A DNA stretch of 42,311 nucleotides. It comes from an uncultured euryarchaeote. Its GTDB lineage: Archaea; Thermoplasmatota; Poseidoniia; Poseidoniales; Poseidoniaceae. Positions 16,933 through 25,530 of this stretch are shown here, piece after piece. The notes beneath the pieces were generated by a model, which had not been told where the DNA came from, did no database searches, and saw only the letters and a program-made list of their open reading frames with translations. Within the stretch, counting starts at the first letter, position 1, and every line of letters starts with the position of its first letter. Position numbers and translations under genes: made by a program. Where the stretch lies: assembly GCA_963991835.1 (NCBI GenBank), contig CAXDRT010000002.1, positions 1 to 42,311 of the forward strand, written 5' to 3'.

Positions 16933-17960
16933 CCCTCTGTGATTGTTCTCAATACTGCTTCGACACAATCTATTTTCGCTGATGGAGCGAATCCATGACC
17001 GAGATTGAAGATGTGTCCTGGCTTATCGCCAGCTGCATTTAGGACATCGATTGTGGCCTGTTTTGCTGTTTCGACTGACCCATGCATGTACGATGGATCG
17101 AGATTTCCTTGGAACGCAATATCGTTTCCAAATTGTTGACGGTTTTGAGAAAGGTCGTCTCGCCAATCGAGTGAGATGGCCTTAATATCAAATTCACGGA
17201 TACAAGAGTGGAGATGGCCTGAACCCTTTGCATAATGGATGATTGGGACGTGTTTTTCTGTTTTCTCTTTGAAGACTTCTATGGCCCGTTGAGTTGCAGG
17301 CATTGCTAACTCTCGATATGTTGTAGGTGATAACAAACCCGCCCATGTATCAAACAATTGCACTGCATCTGCTCCTCCATGATTCACTTGGTCCGCCAAG
17401 AGTTCACCTACGATTTCCCCCATAGACATTAACATTCGAAGTGCTGATTCACGATCTGAAAATATCTTTGCTCGAGCATTGTGGAAATCTTTGTCCCCAG
17501 TTCCTCCAGAGAGGAGATACATGCAAATCGTCCATGGACATCCTGCAAAGCCAAGACGAGCAAGGCTGTCACCAGTGTGTTCTCCTACAGCTTTGATACC
17601 GTCCGCTGCCCAAGGAGCATGCTTTCTCGCAGAAAATGAAATCCAATCATCAACATCTGAAAGTTCAAAGTCACTAATTCGAATTCCTCCTCCATACTCA
17701 ACATCGTATCCAAGCCCTGGTAATGGAGTAAGAATATCGCTAAAGACAATGGTAGCATCTAATTTCTTGTATCGATTGATTGGTTGAAGCGTTATTTCCG
17801 TGCAAAGATCAACATCTTGACATCGTTCCCAGAATGAATGTTCGGCAGCGATTTTCCTATATTCAGGCAGATGGCGCCCCGCTTGCCTCATGAACCAAAC
17901 AGGAGTTTGATCAACTGGTTGGAGATTTAATGCCCCCAAAATGCGTTCTCTACCGTTCAT
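16929..17960 (-). CDS. hemE: Uroporphyrinogen decarboxylase
   Basis: The signature PVWFMRQAGRHLPEYR lies near the N-terminus. Also present: VFSDILTPL, QLFDTWAG, GNLDP and FNLGHG. Confidence 0.95.
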   Translation of the reverse strand: MNGRERILGALNLQPVDQTPVWFMRQAGRHLPEYRKIAAEHSFWERCQDVDLCTEITLQPINRYKKLDATIVFSDILTPLPGLGYDVEYGGGIRISDFELSDVDDWISFSARKHAPWAADGIKAVGEHTGDSLARLGFAGCPWTICMYLLSGGTGDKDFHNARAKIFSDRESALRMLMSMGEIVGELLADQVNHGGADAVQLFDTWAGLLSPTTYRELAMPATQRAIEVFKEKTEKHVPIIHYAKGSGHLHSCIREFDIKAISLDWRDDLSQNRQQFGNDIAFQGNLDPSYMHGSVETAKQATIDVLNAAGDKPGHIFNLGHGFAPSAKIDCVEAVLRTITEG

Positions 17961-17961
17961 A

Positions 17962-19251
17962 TCAATCCCTCATTTCGAGAAGTACATCATCAAGCGCATC
18001 AACCATGCCTGTGATGTGATGCTCTTCGTGAGCAGTGGCTATGAAACCAATTTCATAGGCAGAAGGAGCGAGCATGTATCCACGTTCAAGCAATCCGTGA
18101 TGTACATCAGCGTAGAGTGTTGCAGCATCCTTTGGAATCATATCAGAGCGGCTCGGTGGAGATTGAGATCCAGGTGAAAACCAGAATAAACTACCTAATC
18201 GCACGAGCCTCATCGGCATGTTATGTTTTTCAAGAACATGTTGTACCTTTTCTTCCAAGAGTGCACCAAGGTGTTCTAATTGGTCATAGGCTTCATCATT
18301 GAGCAACTCAAGAGTTCGAAGTCCAGCCGCCATCGCTAAAGGATTGCCTGAAAGTGTACCAGCCTGATATACGGGACCTAGGGGAGAAAGATGTTCCATG
18401 ATTTCATCACGAGCACCATAGGCTCCGACTGGTAAGCCTCCACCGATGACTTTTCCAAGAGCAGTTATATCAGGGACAATACCACAAAGATCACCATAAC
18501 TTCCATCTTTGAATCGAAAACCGCTAATGACCTCATCAAAAATAAGGAGTGCTCCGTGTGCATCACAAAGGGTTCTGAGATTCTGTAGGAATTCCGTCGA
18601 TTGTATCAACAATCCGTTGTTTGCGGGTAGAGGCTCGATAACAATGGCTGCGATTTCATCACCATGTTCTTGGAAAAGATACTCCACTGCTTCGATATCA
18701 TTTAGTGGTGCTATGAGGGTTGTAGCTACAGTCTGTGCAGGAATCCCTGGACTGCTGGCAATACCGAATGTGGCTAAACCACTGCCTGAACTTACCATTA
18801 AAGAATCGACGTGACCATGGTAACATCCTTCGAATTTGATCAGGATATCACGATTTGTGTAACCTCTTGCAAGACGGACTGCACTCATGACAGCCTCGGT
18901 TCCTGAAGAAACAAATCGAACTTTATCCATGTGCTTGAAGCGCTTTTTTACGTGTTTTGCGAGTTCAATCTCCCCGATATGGGGTGCTCCGAAAGAAGTT
19001 CCATTCTGCATTTTTTCAGATACAGTTTGGATAATGCTCGGGTGAGCATGCCCATGTATCAATGGCCCCCACGATTGGACAAAGTCAACAAGTTCGTTAC
19101 CATCAACATCGGTCACAATTGCACCAGAGGCTTTTTCAAAATAAATCGGGTTTCCATGCACTGATTTGAATGCTCGAACAGGCGAATTTACTCCACCTAC
19201 AAGATGAACTGAAGCTTCAGTGTGCAGTTCATTTGACAGAGAACGATCCAT
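17962..19251 (-). CDS. hemL: Glutamate-1-semialdehyde 2,1-aminomutase
   Basis: GGVNSPVRAFKSV, FVSSGTEAVMSAVRLARGYT, LIFDEVISGFR, the PLP-lysine context LGKVIGGGLPVGAYG and YQAGTLSGNPLAMAAG. It is 429 aa long. Confidence 0.95.
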   Translation of the reverse strand: MDRSLSNELHTEASVHLVGGVNSPVRAFKSVHGNPIYFEKASGAIVTDVDGNELVDFVQSWGPLIHGHAHPSIIQTVSEKMQNGTSFGAPHIGEIELAKHVKKRFKHMDKVRFVSSGTEAVMSAVRLARGYTNRDILIKFEGCYHGHVDSLMVSSGSGLATFGIASSPGIPAQTVATTLIAPLNDIEAVEYLFQEHGDEIAAIVIEPLPANNGLLIQSTEFLQNLRTLCDAHGALLIFDEVISGFRFKDGSYGDLCGIVPDITALGKVIGGGLPVGAYGARDEIMEHLSPLGPVYQAGTLSGNPLAMAAGLRTLELLNDEAYDQLEHLGALLEEKVQHVLEKHNMPMRLVRLGSLFWFSPGSQSPPSRSDMIPKDAATLYADVHHGLLERGYMLAPSAYEIGFIATAHEEHHITGMVDALDDVLLEMRD

Positions 19252-19260
19252 GGTAAAACC

Positions 19261-20235
19261 TCATTCAATCCATTGCTGACCAATCGCATCTCGGGCATGG
19301 TAAGATACTATGATGTCAGCACCCGCTCTTTTGAAGGCATGTAATATCTCACGAACCATCTTTCCACATTGATCATTTTCTTGGTTTGCCTGCATAACCA
19401 TTGTGTACTCGCCACTAACATTGTAGACAGCGACTGGGCGATTGACTGCGTCTGCGACTTGACGAAGAACGTCAAGATAAGGCAAACCTGGCTTAACCAT
19501 GATGATGTCTGCGCCTTCAGATTCGTCTGACTTCGCCTCAAAGATAGCCTCCGAATAACCCGAACGGATATCCATTTGATGGCTTCTACGATCACCAAAT
19601 ATTGGGGCAGAAGATGCTGCGTCTCTGAATGGTCCATAAAATGATGAGGCATATTTGACAGCGTAGGAAAGTACTCCTGTGGAATGAAATCCTCGTGATT
19701 CAAAAGCGTCTCTGATAGCCGAAACTCGACCATCCATCATATCTGAAACCGAAACATAATCTACGCCTGCTTCTGCATTTGCTAGTGCAATCTCAACCAA
19801 GCGTTGCACACTCTGGTCATTGTTGATGTGATCATCCAAAATTAGACCGCAATGGCCGTGATCTGTTGCAGTACACAAACAAACGTCCGTGAACAAAACA
19901 ATCTGATCACCAAAACGTTCTCGTAATTTTCGAACAGCTTGTATACCGTGCATTTGAGCATCAGATGCAACAGTAGCCATTGCATCTTTATGATCTGATT
20001 CGATCACTGCAAACAGCATGTGAGCATTTAGGCCAATAGAGACGTCATTGGAAATCGTTTCGAGTAAAACATCGACTGATTGCCGATGTATACCTGGCAT
20101 ACCATCGATGGGCTGGTTAATATTTTCACCAGCTACAACAAAGTGAGGTTGAACAAGTGATTGGGAAATCGAGGCCCCAAAGATGAGGTCTCGCCGGGAT
20201 TGAGTCCAGCGGTTAATTCTCGGTCGTGTTTGCAT
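19261..20235 (-). CDS. hemB: Porphobilinogen synthase (delta-aminolevulinate dehydratase), Zn-type
   Basis: The cysteine-rich metal site DVCLCTATDHGHCG marks a Zn-dependent enzyme. Also present: SDMMDGR, YASSFYGPFRDA, MVKPG.PYLD and AYNVSGEY. Start taken at ATG 20235 (MQTRPRINR), which overlaps the hemC-hemD 3' end by 23 nt. The track ORF extends to 20304. Confidence 0.93.
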   Translation of the reverse strand: MQTRPRINRWTQSRRDLIFGASISQSLVQPHFVVAGENINQPIDGMPGIHRQSVDVLLETISNDVSIGLNAHMLFAVIESDHKDAMATVASDAQMHGIQAVRKLRERFGDQIVLFTDVCLCTATDHGHCGLILDDHINNDQSVQRLVEIALANAEAGVDYVSVSDMMDGRVSAIRDAFESRGFHSTGVLSYAVKYASSFYGPFRDAASSAPIFGDRRSHQMDIRSGYSEAIFEAKSDESEGADIIMVKPGLPYLDVLRQVADAVNRPVAVYNVSGEYTMVMQANQENDQCGKMVREILHAFKRAGADIIVSYHARDAIGQQWIE

Positions 20236-21928
20236 CGTTCTCACCCCTTTTGTTCCACCATTCGGATATAAATTCTGCAGTAGGTCCATCGAGCACTTCC
20301 ACAACAGATTGTGAAAATTCTGGGAGTGTTTCTATATGTTCCTTTGTGCTTTGTCCCATACACAGTATATTTGTTGGTATTGGTAAAGCATTCTCAACCC
20401 ATGACCTCGCTGAAGAAGAAGAGGAGAGAAGAAGAGTGTCCTTCTCAGAATCAATATCGACCGTCGAAACAGACTTCATTTGATTTTCATACCCAGTCCA
20501 TACACTCACATCATAGCCTTCTGAAGTGAGTATGTCATTCAAGAACGATGGAGCAAGATCAGAGCGAGGTAACAAAAGAGGTGTGCTTTTAGGAATCTTG
20601 TCGATAATGAATTTAGCGAACTCTTTCGAGTTTCTTGCTTGAGCACATACCGATACGGTCACTCCCAATCGAAAACAAGCGCGAGCGGTTCCTTCACCGA
20701 TTGCCATCCATTGAATGCGTTTTATGTCCTCATTCTTTTGAGAGATTTCAACTGCACAGCGGGCTGCGAAGGGAGAGGTGAGCACAAGGTAGGGCCACGA
20801 TGAACGATTACTATTCGGATCTAAGAACTGGGACGGCCAGTTAGAATAATTCGGACTCAGTGTCACCACAGACTGGTTTACAACTGGAATTCCTTTACTT
20901 TGCAACAGAAGCGAAAGGCGGTCTGAGTTAAGCGTTGATACGATTTTTGGACCCTCGATTTTATCGTTACTCGTTTCTGAAGTTTCTTCAGGAAGAGTAA
21001 TCTGAAGATCGGTCAAATTTCCATCATAATGGAAGGTTGGAAACGATCGGCCTTGACAAAAAATAGTGCGCCAATTTTCTGGAGAGATTTTTACAGTTAC
21101 GCTCTGTTCTTCAACTTGAATCCCAGCAGGGTATAGGCACCCTCCACCTACCGATGAAAGAAGAGCACGTTCATGAACAACGGCTTCTTCTGTTGGTTGA
21201 TGATTGAGTAAAGAACGCACTGAAGAGTACTTTTGTTTATCCTTGGAAAGGCAATGTACGCTGATTGCGCCTTGTCCAGGGGCAGTGGGCCATTGTTGAT
21301 GTGAAAGTCGTACAGCTCCAAAATTCAGCATCCATGGCTCCAATACCTCTGCATCGAGCAAACGCTGGAGTCCAACTTCTGCAAGGACAATGCAATCAAC
21401 ACGACCCTCTTGAAGCCGTTTCAATCGAGTTTCGACGCGTCCTCGGACTGCAAGGGGAATCAAATCAGGGCGCTGACTCAATAGAAACGACTGCCGGCGA
21501 CCAGATACTGTTCCAACTGTGCTTCCTTTTGGAAGGAAATTCAATGCTGTTTCGATTTCAATGGATTCTTGACAAGACAACACTTCTTGCAATGTTTGGC
21601 CATTGTCAGAATTTGCGAAGAGCAAAACGTCATTTTTCGAACCTCGTTCTAAGTATGCCAAACAATCGATTGAATCATCGATCTTAACGGGGACATCTTT
21701 ACTTGAATGAACTGCTAAGTCAATTTCTCCATCGATTAGTTGCTTGTCCACTGCGTGAATAAACTGTCCAACTTCAGAAGAAAGATCCCCTCCTAGAGAA
21801 CGATCGCCAGAAGTGGAAATACCTACGAGTTTGGTTTCAACACCCTTCTCATTCAGCAATTTTTCAACCTGACGAGCCTGCCACATCGCTAATGCCGAAG
21901 TTCTCGTACCGATACGGAGCAATGACAA
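20213..21928 (-). CDS. hemC: Bifunctional hydroxymethylbilane synthase / uroporphyrinogen-III synthase (HemC-HemD fusion)
   Basis: The N-terminal ~300 aa carry LRIGTRTSALAMWQA, AVHSSKDVP, RGRVETRL and the dipyrromethane cysteine in VGGGCLYPAG, so this part is HemC. The C-terminal ~250 aa (WPYLVLTSPFAARCAV...LLPRS...LLLSSSSSARSW) follow the HemD pattern. The TTG start at 21928 is preceded by GGAGG (21936-21940) at 7-nt spacing. Confidence 0.88.
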   Translation of the reverse strand: MSLLRIGTRTSALAMWQARQVEKLLNEKGVETKLVGISTSGDRSLGGDLSSEVGQFIHAVDKQLIDGEIDLAVHSSKDVPVKIDDSIDCLAYLERGSKNDVLLFANSDNGQTLQEVLSCQESIEIETALNFLPKGSTVGTVSGRRQSFLLSQRPDLIPLAVRGRVETRLKRLQEGRVDCIVLAEVGLQRLLDAEVLEPWMLNFGAVRLSHQQWPTAPGQGAISVHCLSKDKQKYSSVRSLLNHQPTEEAVVHERALLSSVGGGCLYPAGIQVEEQSVTVKISPENWRTIFCQGRSFPTFHYDGNLTDLQITLPEETSETSNDKIEGPKIVSTLNSDRLSLLLQSKGIPVVNQSVVTLSPNYSNWPSQFLDPNSNRSSWPYLVLTSPFAARCAVEISQKNEDIKRIQWMAIGEGTARACFRLGVTVSVCAQARNSKEFAKFIIDKIPKSTPLLLPRSDLAPSFLNDILTSEGYDVSVWTGYENQMKSVSTVDIDSEKDTLLLSSSSSARSWVENALPIPTNILCMGQSTKEHIETLPEFSQSVVEVLDGPTAEFISEWWNKRGENDANTTEN

Positions 21929-21939
21929 CTGGAATCCTC

Positions 21940-23463
21940 CTATGCTGTGGTTTTTGTGCTCAATCGATAAACGAGTTGTTGTACATCATGAGCAACTTTC
22001 TGCAATAGGGTTTGATTGAGTTCTCGTTTTGTTTGGAAAATCATATCTCCAATCTCATCGATTGAAAAACCACCTTTTTTGTTGCATATCCATGTAGCAA
22101 TCTCTCTTGAGAACGGTTGTATCTGGGCTTCTTCTGTTGACATTACTGAATCATTTGACAACCACTCCAATGAGAGTTCCTCAAGGAGTTTGTACATACG
22201 AGATCGAAACATTGCTTCGTTACGGTCTGTAAGAGCTGCCATGAACTTTGATTCAACATCTGAGATGGCAACTTCGCTTTTTTTAATCGTTGAAGTATAA
22301 TCCCATTCCTTTCCGTATTGACGGGATTCTCGAATCCAGTGCTGCATACCAAAGTAGTTCGATTCGTTTGCTAGTATCGAAGAATCAATCGAAGGTGGCC
22401 ATGAAAAATCCATCACAACTGCATCTTCATCAACCGGCAATGGTGTATTTTGATTGTAGACCGGTGTTTCTGCACGAATGGTTGAAATTACGAGTTTCGT
22501 TTTATTGGCAGATCTGTGCCATTCTTCGAATGAAATTAGACGAACTTTTTTAACGAGTTCTGGATATTTAGATTGACTCTTTCCTATTGACCGGGATACG
22601 ACTGTAACATCACTTTGCCCAAGTTCTAATAGTGCAGATATTGCTTTTAGCCCCATGTCTCCAAAACCAAGTACAACAGGAGAAACATCTGAGTTTTCTG
22701 AGAGGATTTTTTCCAAACTATTCGTTGCAAGATTCAGCATAGATTCAGTTGTATTTGTAAAACCAAATTCCTTCCTTATGGTACGATTAGCCGCAATGAT
22801 ATGATCAAAAAATGTTCCCTTGTGGACGCTGAGAAGATCGTTCTTTTTGTGCCAAGCGATAGCATCTCTGAATTGTGCCATTACTTGCAATTCTCCCAGC
22901 ATGAAGGAGTCTAAACCGCTGCATATTTTCACTAAATTACGCCAAACGGACATGCCTGAATATTTCTTGAAGGGCGCTTCCTCTAATTCGAATGCTTCCA
23001 ATATAGATTTTTCAAGGAGGTCGCATGTTGTGGAAAAACCAACGTAGAGGACTCGATTACACGTTGAGAATTCAAATATTTCTTCTCCTAAATTTGAGTT
23101 GATTCTTCTAATAAGGTCGAGCCGTTGATTCAGAGTAAGGCCTTCGGACGTTAAGGATTTTACAACTTCTACGTTTCCTGGGGCCAGTTTTATTGAGATC
23201 ATGGAAAGGCCATCGAGAACTGATTGATGCCCTGTTGACCCGGCAGCCATTGGATTCGTGTGGCTAAGCGAGGAGTTTGACAATATGATTTTGTTGCTTC
23301 CGCTAACCATTTCATCGCCCCCTGTTAGTGGCGGGGCAAAACAAGTATACGAACCCTTGTTCATTGAATTCAGTTCAAATATCTCGCAGTAGGCCGAATA
23401 TACAGATTTTATCTGCTTCAATGCAGATGAAGTGATTTCTAACCGAAGAGAATTTTTCCACAC
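21940..23463 (-). CDS. hemA: Glutamyl-tRNA reductase (N-terminal boundary uncertain)
   Basis: Has the active-site motif FSTCNRVLYVGF and the NADPH fold VVLGFGDMGLKAISALLELG. The longest ORF starts at GTG 23463. Alternative starts are ATG 23310 (preceded by AGGGGG) and ATG 23202 (MISIKLAPG). The last one puts the catalytic Cys at the usual position of ~48. Confidence 0.85.
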   Translation of the reverse strand: MWKNSLRLEITSSALKQIKSVYSAYCEIFELNSMNKGSYTCFAPPLTGGDEMVSGSNKIILSNSSLSHTNPMAAGSTGHQSVLDGLSMISIKLAPGNVEVVKSLTSEGLTLNQRLDLIRRINSNLGEEIFEFSTCNRVLYVGFSTTCDLLEKSILEAFELEEAPFKKYSGMSVWRNLVKICSGLDSFMLGELQVMAQFRDAIAWHKKNDLLSVHKGTFFDHIIAANRTIRKEFGFTNTTESMLNLATNSLEKILSENSDVSPVVLGFGDMGLKAISALLELGQSDVTVVSRSIGKSQSKYPELVKKVRLISFEEWHRSANKTKLVISTIRAETPVYNQNTPLPVDEDAVVMDFSWPPSIDSSILANESNYFGMQHWIRESRQYGKEWDYTSTIKKSEVAISDVESKFMAALTDRNEAMFRSRMYKLLEELSLEWLSNDSVMSTEEAQIQPFSREIATWICNKKGGFSIDEIGDMIFQTKRELNQTLLQKVAHDVQQLVYRLSTKTTA

Positions 23464-23580
23464 ATTAATGTTTCAATCGAATATCGATAAATTGGAACAT
23501 ATTCATTGCTTTTATCGAACTAAAACCAAAACTCACACATCCCGTACATAATTTTCTTTCCTAAGGGCCGATTTCCTCAT

Positions 23581-23832
23581 ATGTTGGAAGTTTATGCTCT
23601 GTACATGGCAGATGACCAGACCAACGATTTGGATGAATTTGAGGCGGGTCTTTTGACATGGTTGGTCCAATCCGATTTCCACGTTGAACCATGGTCTACA
23701 GCAAAAGCTGCTAAAGCATTCAAAGTTGATGAAGACACCATTTACGAAGCTGTAGCCTCTCTTTCTCGTAAAGTTCCGAACAGAATTCAAATCTTTTACA
23801 AGAATGGTGCATTGCACATTGCTGCGGATTAG
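23581..23832 (+). CDS. Small acidic protein with a probable winged helix-turn-helix
   Basis: An 83-aa ORF that fills the gap between the hemA upstream region and the convergent phnE-like gene. WSTAKAAKAFKVDEDTIYEAVASLSRK looks like helix-turn-helix, and IQIFYKNGALHI like a beta wing. I recognise no named family. Confidence 0.4.
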   Translation: MLEVYALYMADDQTNDLDEFEAGLLTWLVQSDFHVEPWSTAKAAKAFKVDEDTIYEAVASLSRKVPNRIQIFYKNGALHIAAD

Positions 23833-23833
23833 A

Positions 23834-24727
23834 TCACTCTTCTTCCAATTTCTGCGTAACGCTTGACGGTAGAAGAATTGTCCACCATGGATGCTTTTTC
23901 CGAACCTTGTCGTCATTAAACAAAGAACGTGCAAATTTCGAGAGAATATCAAGAACTAACACGACGATGAAAATCACAATTACATAGGCAAAGACCTTGT
24001 CGTATTGCAAGAATTTGAGATAGAGATTGATGTAATATCCAATGCCTCCAGCACCGACAATTCCGATTACTGTTCCATGTCTGAAATTGTATTCAAACAT
24101 AAACACTGCCTGAGAGATCAGGTTGTTTGCTGACTCTGGTAAAATGACACCAAATGAACGTTCGAGCCAACCATGACCCATTGCTCTTGAGGCATCAAGT
24201 TGGGGTTGAGCAACCCCTTCAATGACTTCATATTGCAACTTTCCAAGATAGCCAACGGTATACAATGTCATTGCCATAATACCAGCCATAGGCCCTAATC
24301 CGACCATGATCACGAACAAAACTGCCCAGAGAATACTTGGTAGACTTCTCAAACCAGCGAGAAGAGCACGAGCGGGATAAGAGATCCAAGCAGGGCTAAG
24401 ATTCTCTGCTGCCAACAGCGCAATTGGATAAGAAATTATCATACCAAATACGGTCGCTATGAAAGCAATTTTTAGAGTTTCAAGAAGGCCTATCCAAGCA
24501 GTGGAACAGGTGAAATCAAGCCATCCTGTTTCCTCGCAAACAGGATACGCCTGTGGTTCTAAAACACTCCAATCGGGTGGCCATAAGGATTCTGTGAAAA
24601 AGGTCTGAACATTGCGAGGGCTATCGAATAGTTTTTGCCAATTTCCTTCAATAGCGGAATTTGTTACCCCGATTGCAAGAGAGAGTAGGATAATGAAAAT
24701 ACTAACCCATCTCCATTGATACCACAA
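23834..24727 (-). CDS. ABC transporter permease, PhnE family
   Basis: Carries the PhnE hallmark EYNFRHGTVIGIVGAGGIGYYI plus the EAA-like loop region and six predicted TM helices. It has a TTG start at 24727, and there is no in-frame ATG upstream. Confidence 0.85.
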   Translation of the reverse strand: MWYQWRWVSIFIILLSLAIGVTNSAIEGNWQKLFDSPRNVQTFFTESLWPPDWSVLEPQAYPVCEETGWLDFTCSTAWIGLLETLKIAFIATVFGMIISYPIALLAAENLSPAWISYPARALLAGLRSLPSILWAVLFVIMVGLGPMAGIMAMTLYTVGYLGKLQYEVIEGVAQPQLDASRAMGHGWLERSFGVILPESANNLISQAVFMFEYNFRHGTVIGIVGAGGIGYYINLYLKFLQYDKVFAYVIVIFIVVLVLDILSKFARSLFNDDKVRKKHPWWTILLPSSVTQKLEEE

Positions 24728-24795
24728 TGAAGCGATTTGAGTGGCTAGTTTTGATTGATCTTTTTCATCATACTCATCTGAAACAATCTCACCTC

Positions 24796-25473
24796 CTAGA
24801 ATTCATATATTTCGACTAATTCTCCGCTTTTAGCAGTGAATAGACGGTTTGCCATCCGCTTTGCTCTTTCAAAATCGTGTTCGACAAGTATCATGATTGC
24901 ATTATTTTCGGCGACGTAATCAAGCACTACCTTCATCACCATTTCAAGAGTCTCTTCATCAAGTTCAGCTAAGAATTCGTCTGCTAAAATAAGCCGAGGC
25001 TGTTGCGCCAGTGTTCTGGCGACTGCAACACGTCTCTGCTGTCCCCCTGATAATTTTCGAACTGGAGTTCTGAGTTTATGATAAATGCCAACGGAATCGA
25101 TTGCATCATCAGAGAATTTTCGACAAGATGGAGAGAAAGGCCACCATGGCGAGGTATGACCTGCTCGTGCCCCAAGCATGACATTGTGTAGAACACTTGC
25201 GTGTCTTATCAGACCCAAGCGCTGCGGAATGTATCCTACTTCCCCTCTTCGAGGTTTACTCTTTCCGAAAATATTGAACTCTCCTTCGAGTGGTTCAAGC
25301 AAACCTGCTAAGGTCTTCAGCAGAGTTGTTTTACCAATTCCGGAAGCTCCGTTTATTGCAATAATCTCACCTGGATTAAACGTAAAGTTAACCCTTGAAA
25401 GGAGAGGTTCACTGACCTTGTAGCCAACAGAACCAGATTGAACAACTACGTTATTCGTTGATGTCACGTTCAA
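24796..25473 (-). CDS. ABC transporter ATP-binding protein, PhnC-like
   Basis: Walker A is GASGIGKTT, the signature is LSGGQQRRVAVAR, Walker B is LILADEFLAELD and the H-loop is LVEHD. It has a TTG start at 25473 and no in-frame ATG nearby. Confidence 0.85.
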   Translation of the reverse strand: MNVTSTNNVVVQSGSVGYKVSEPLLSRVNFTFNPGEIIAINGASGIGKTTLLKTLAGLLEPLEGEFNIFGKSKPRRGEVGYIPQRLGLIRHASVLHNVMLGARAGHTSPWWPFSPSCRKFSDDAIDSVGIYHKLRTPVRKLSGGQQRRVAVARTLAQQPRLILADEFLAELDEETLEMVMKVVLDYVAENNAIMILVEHDFERAKRMANRLFTAKSGELVEIYEF

Positions 25474-25530
25474 TCACACCGTTGTCCATCAAACGAAATA
25501 CAATCGTTCAGTGGTTATCGGTCAACACAC

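Noticed and set aside
23476-23518. ATCGA repeats / ATCGA-ATA-TCGAT palindrome upstream of hemA
   Set aside because: The arms are only 5 bp and lie in an AT-rich spacer, so the pattern is easily explained by chance. I mention it only as context for the small wHTH ORF.
23533-23952. 139-aa ORF on the minus strand
   Set aside because: It lies antisense to the small wHTH-like ORF and overlaps the 3' end of the phnE-like gene in another frame. Its composition (many R, C, F, N) looks non-coding and it has no recognisable motif. I treat it as a shadow ORF.
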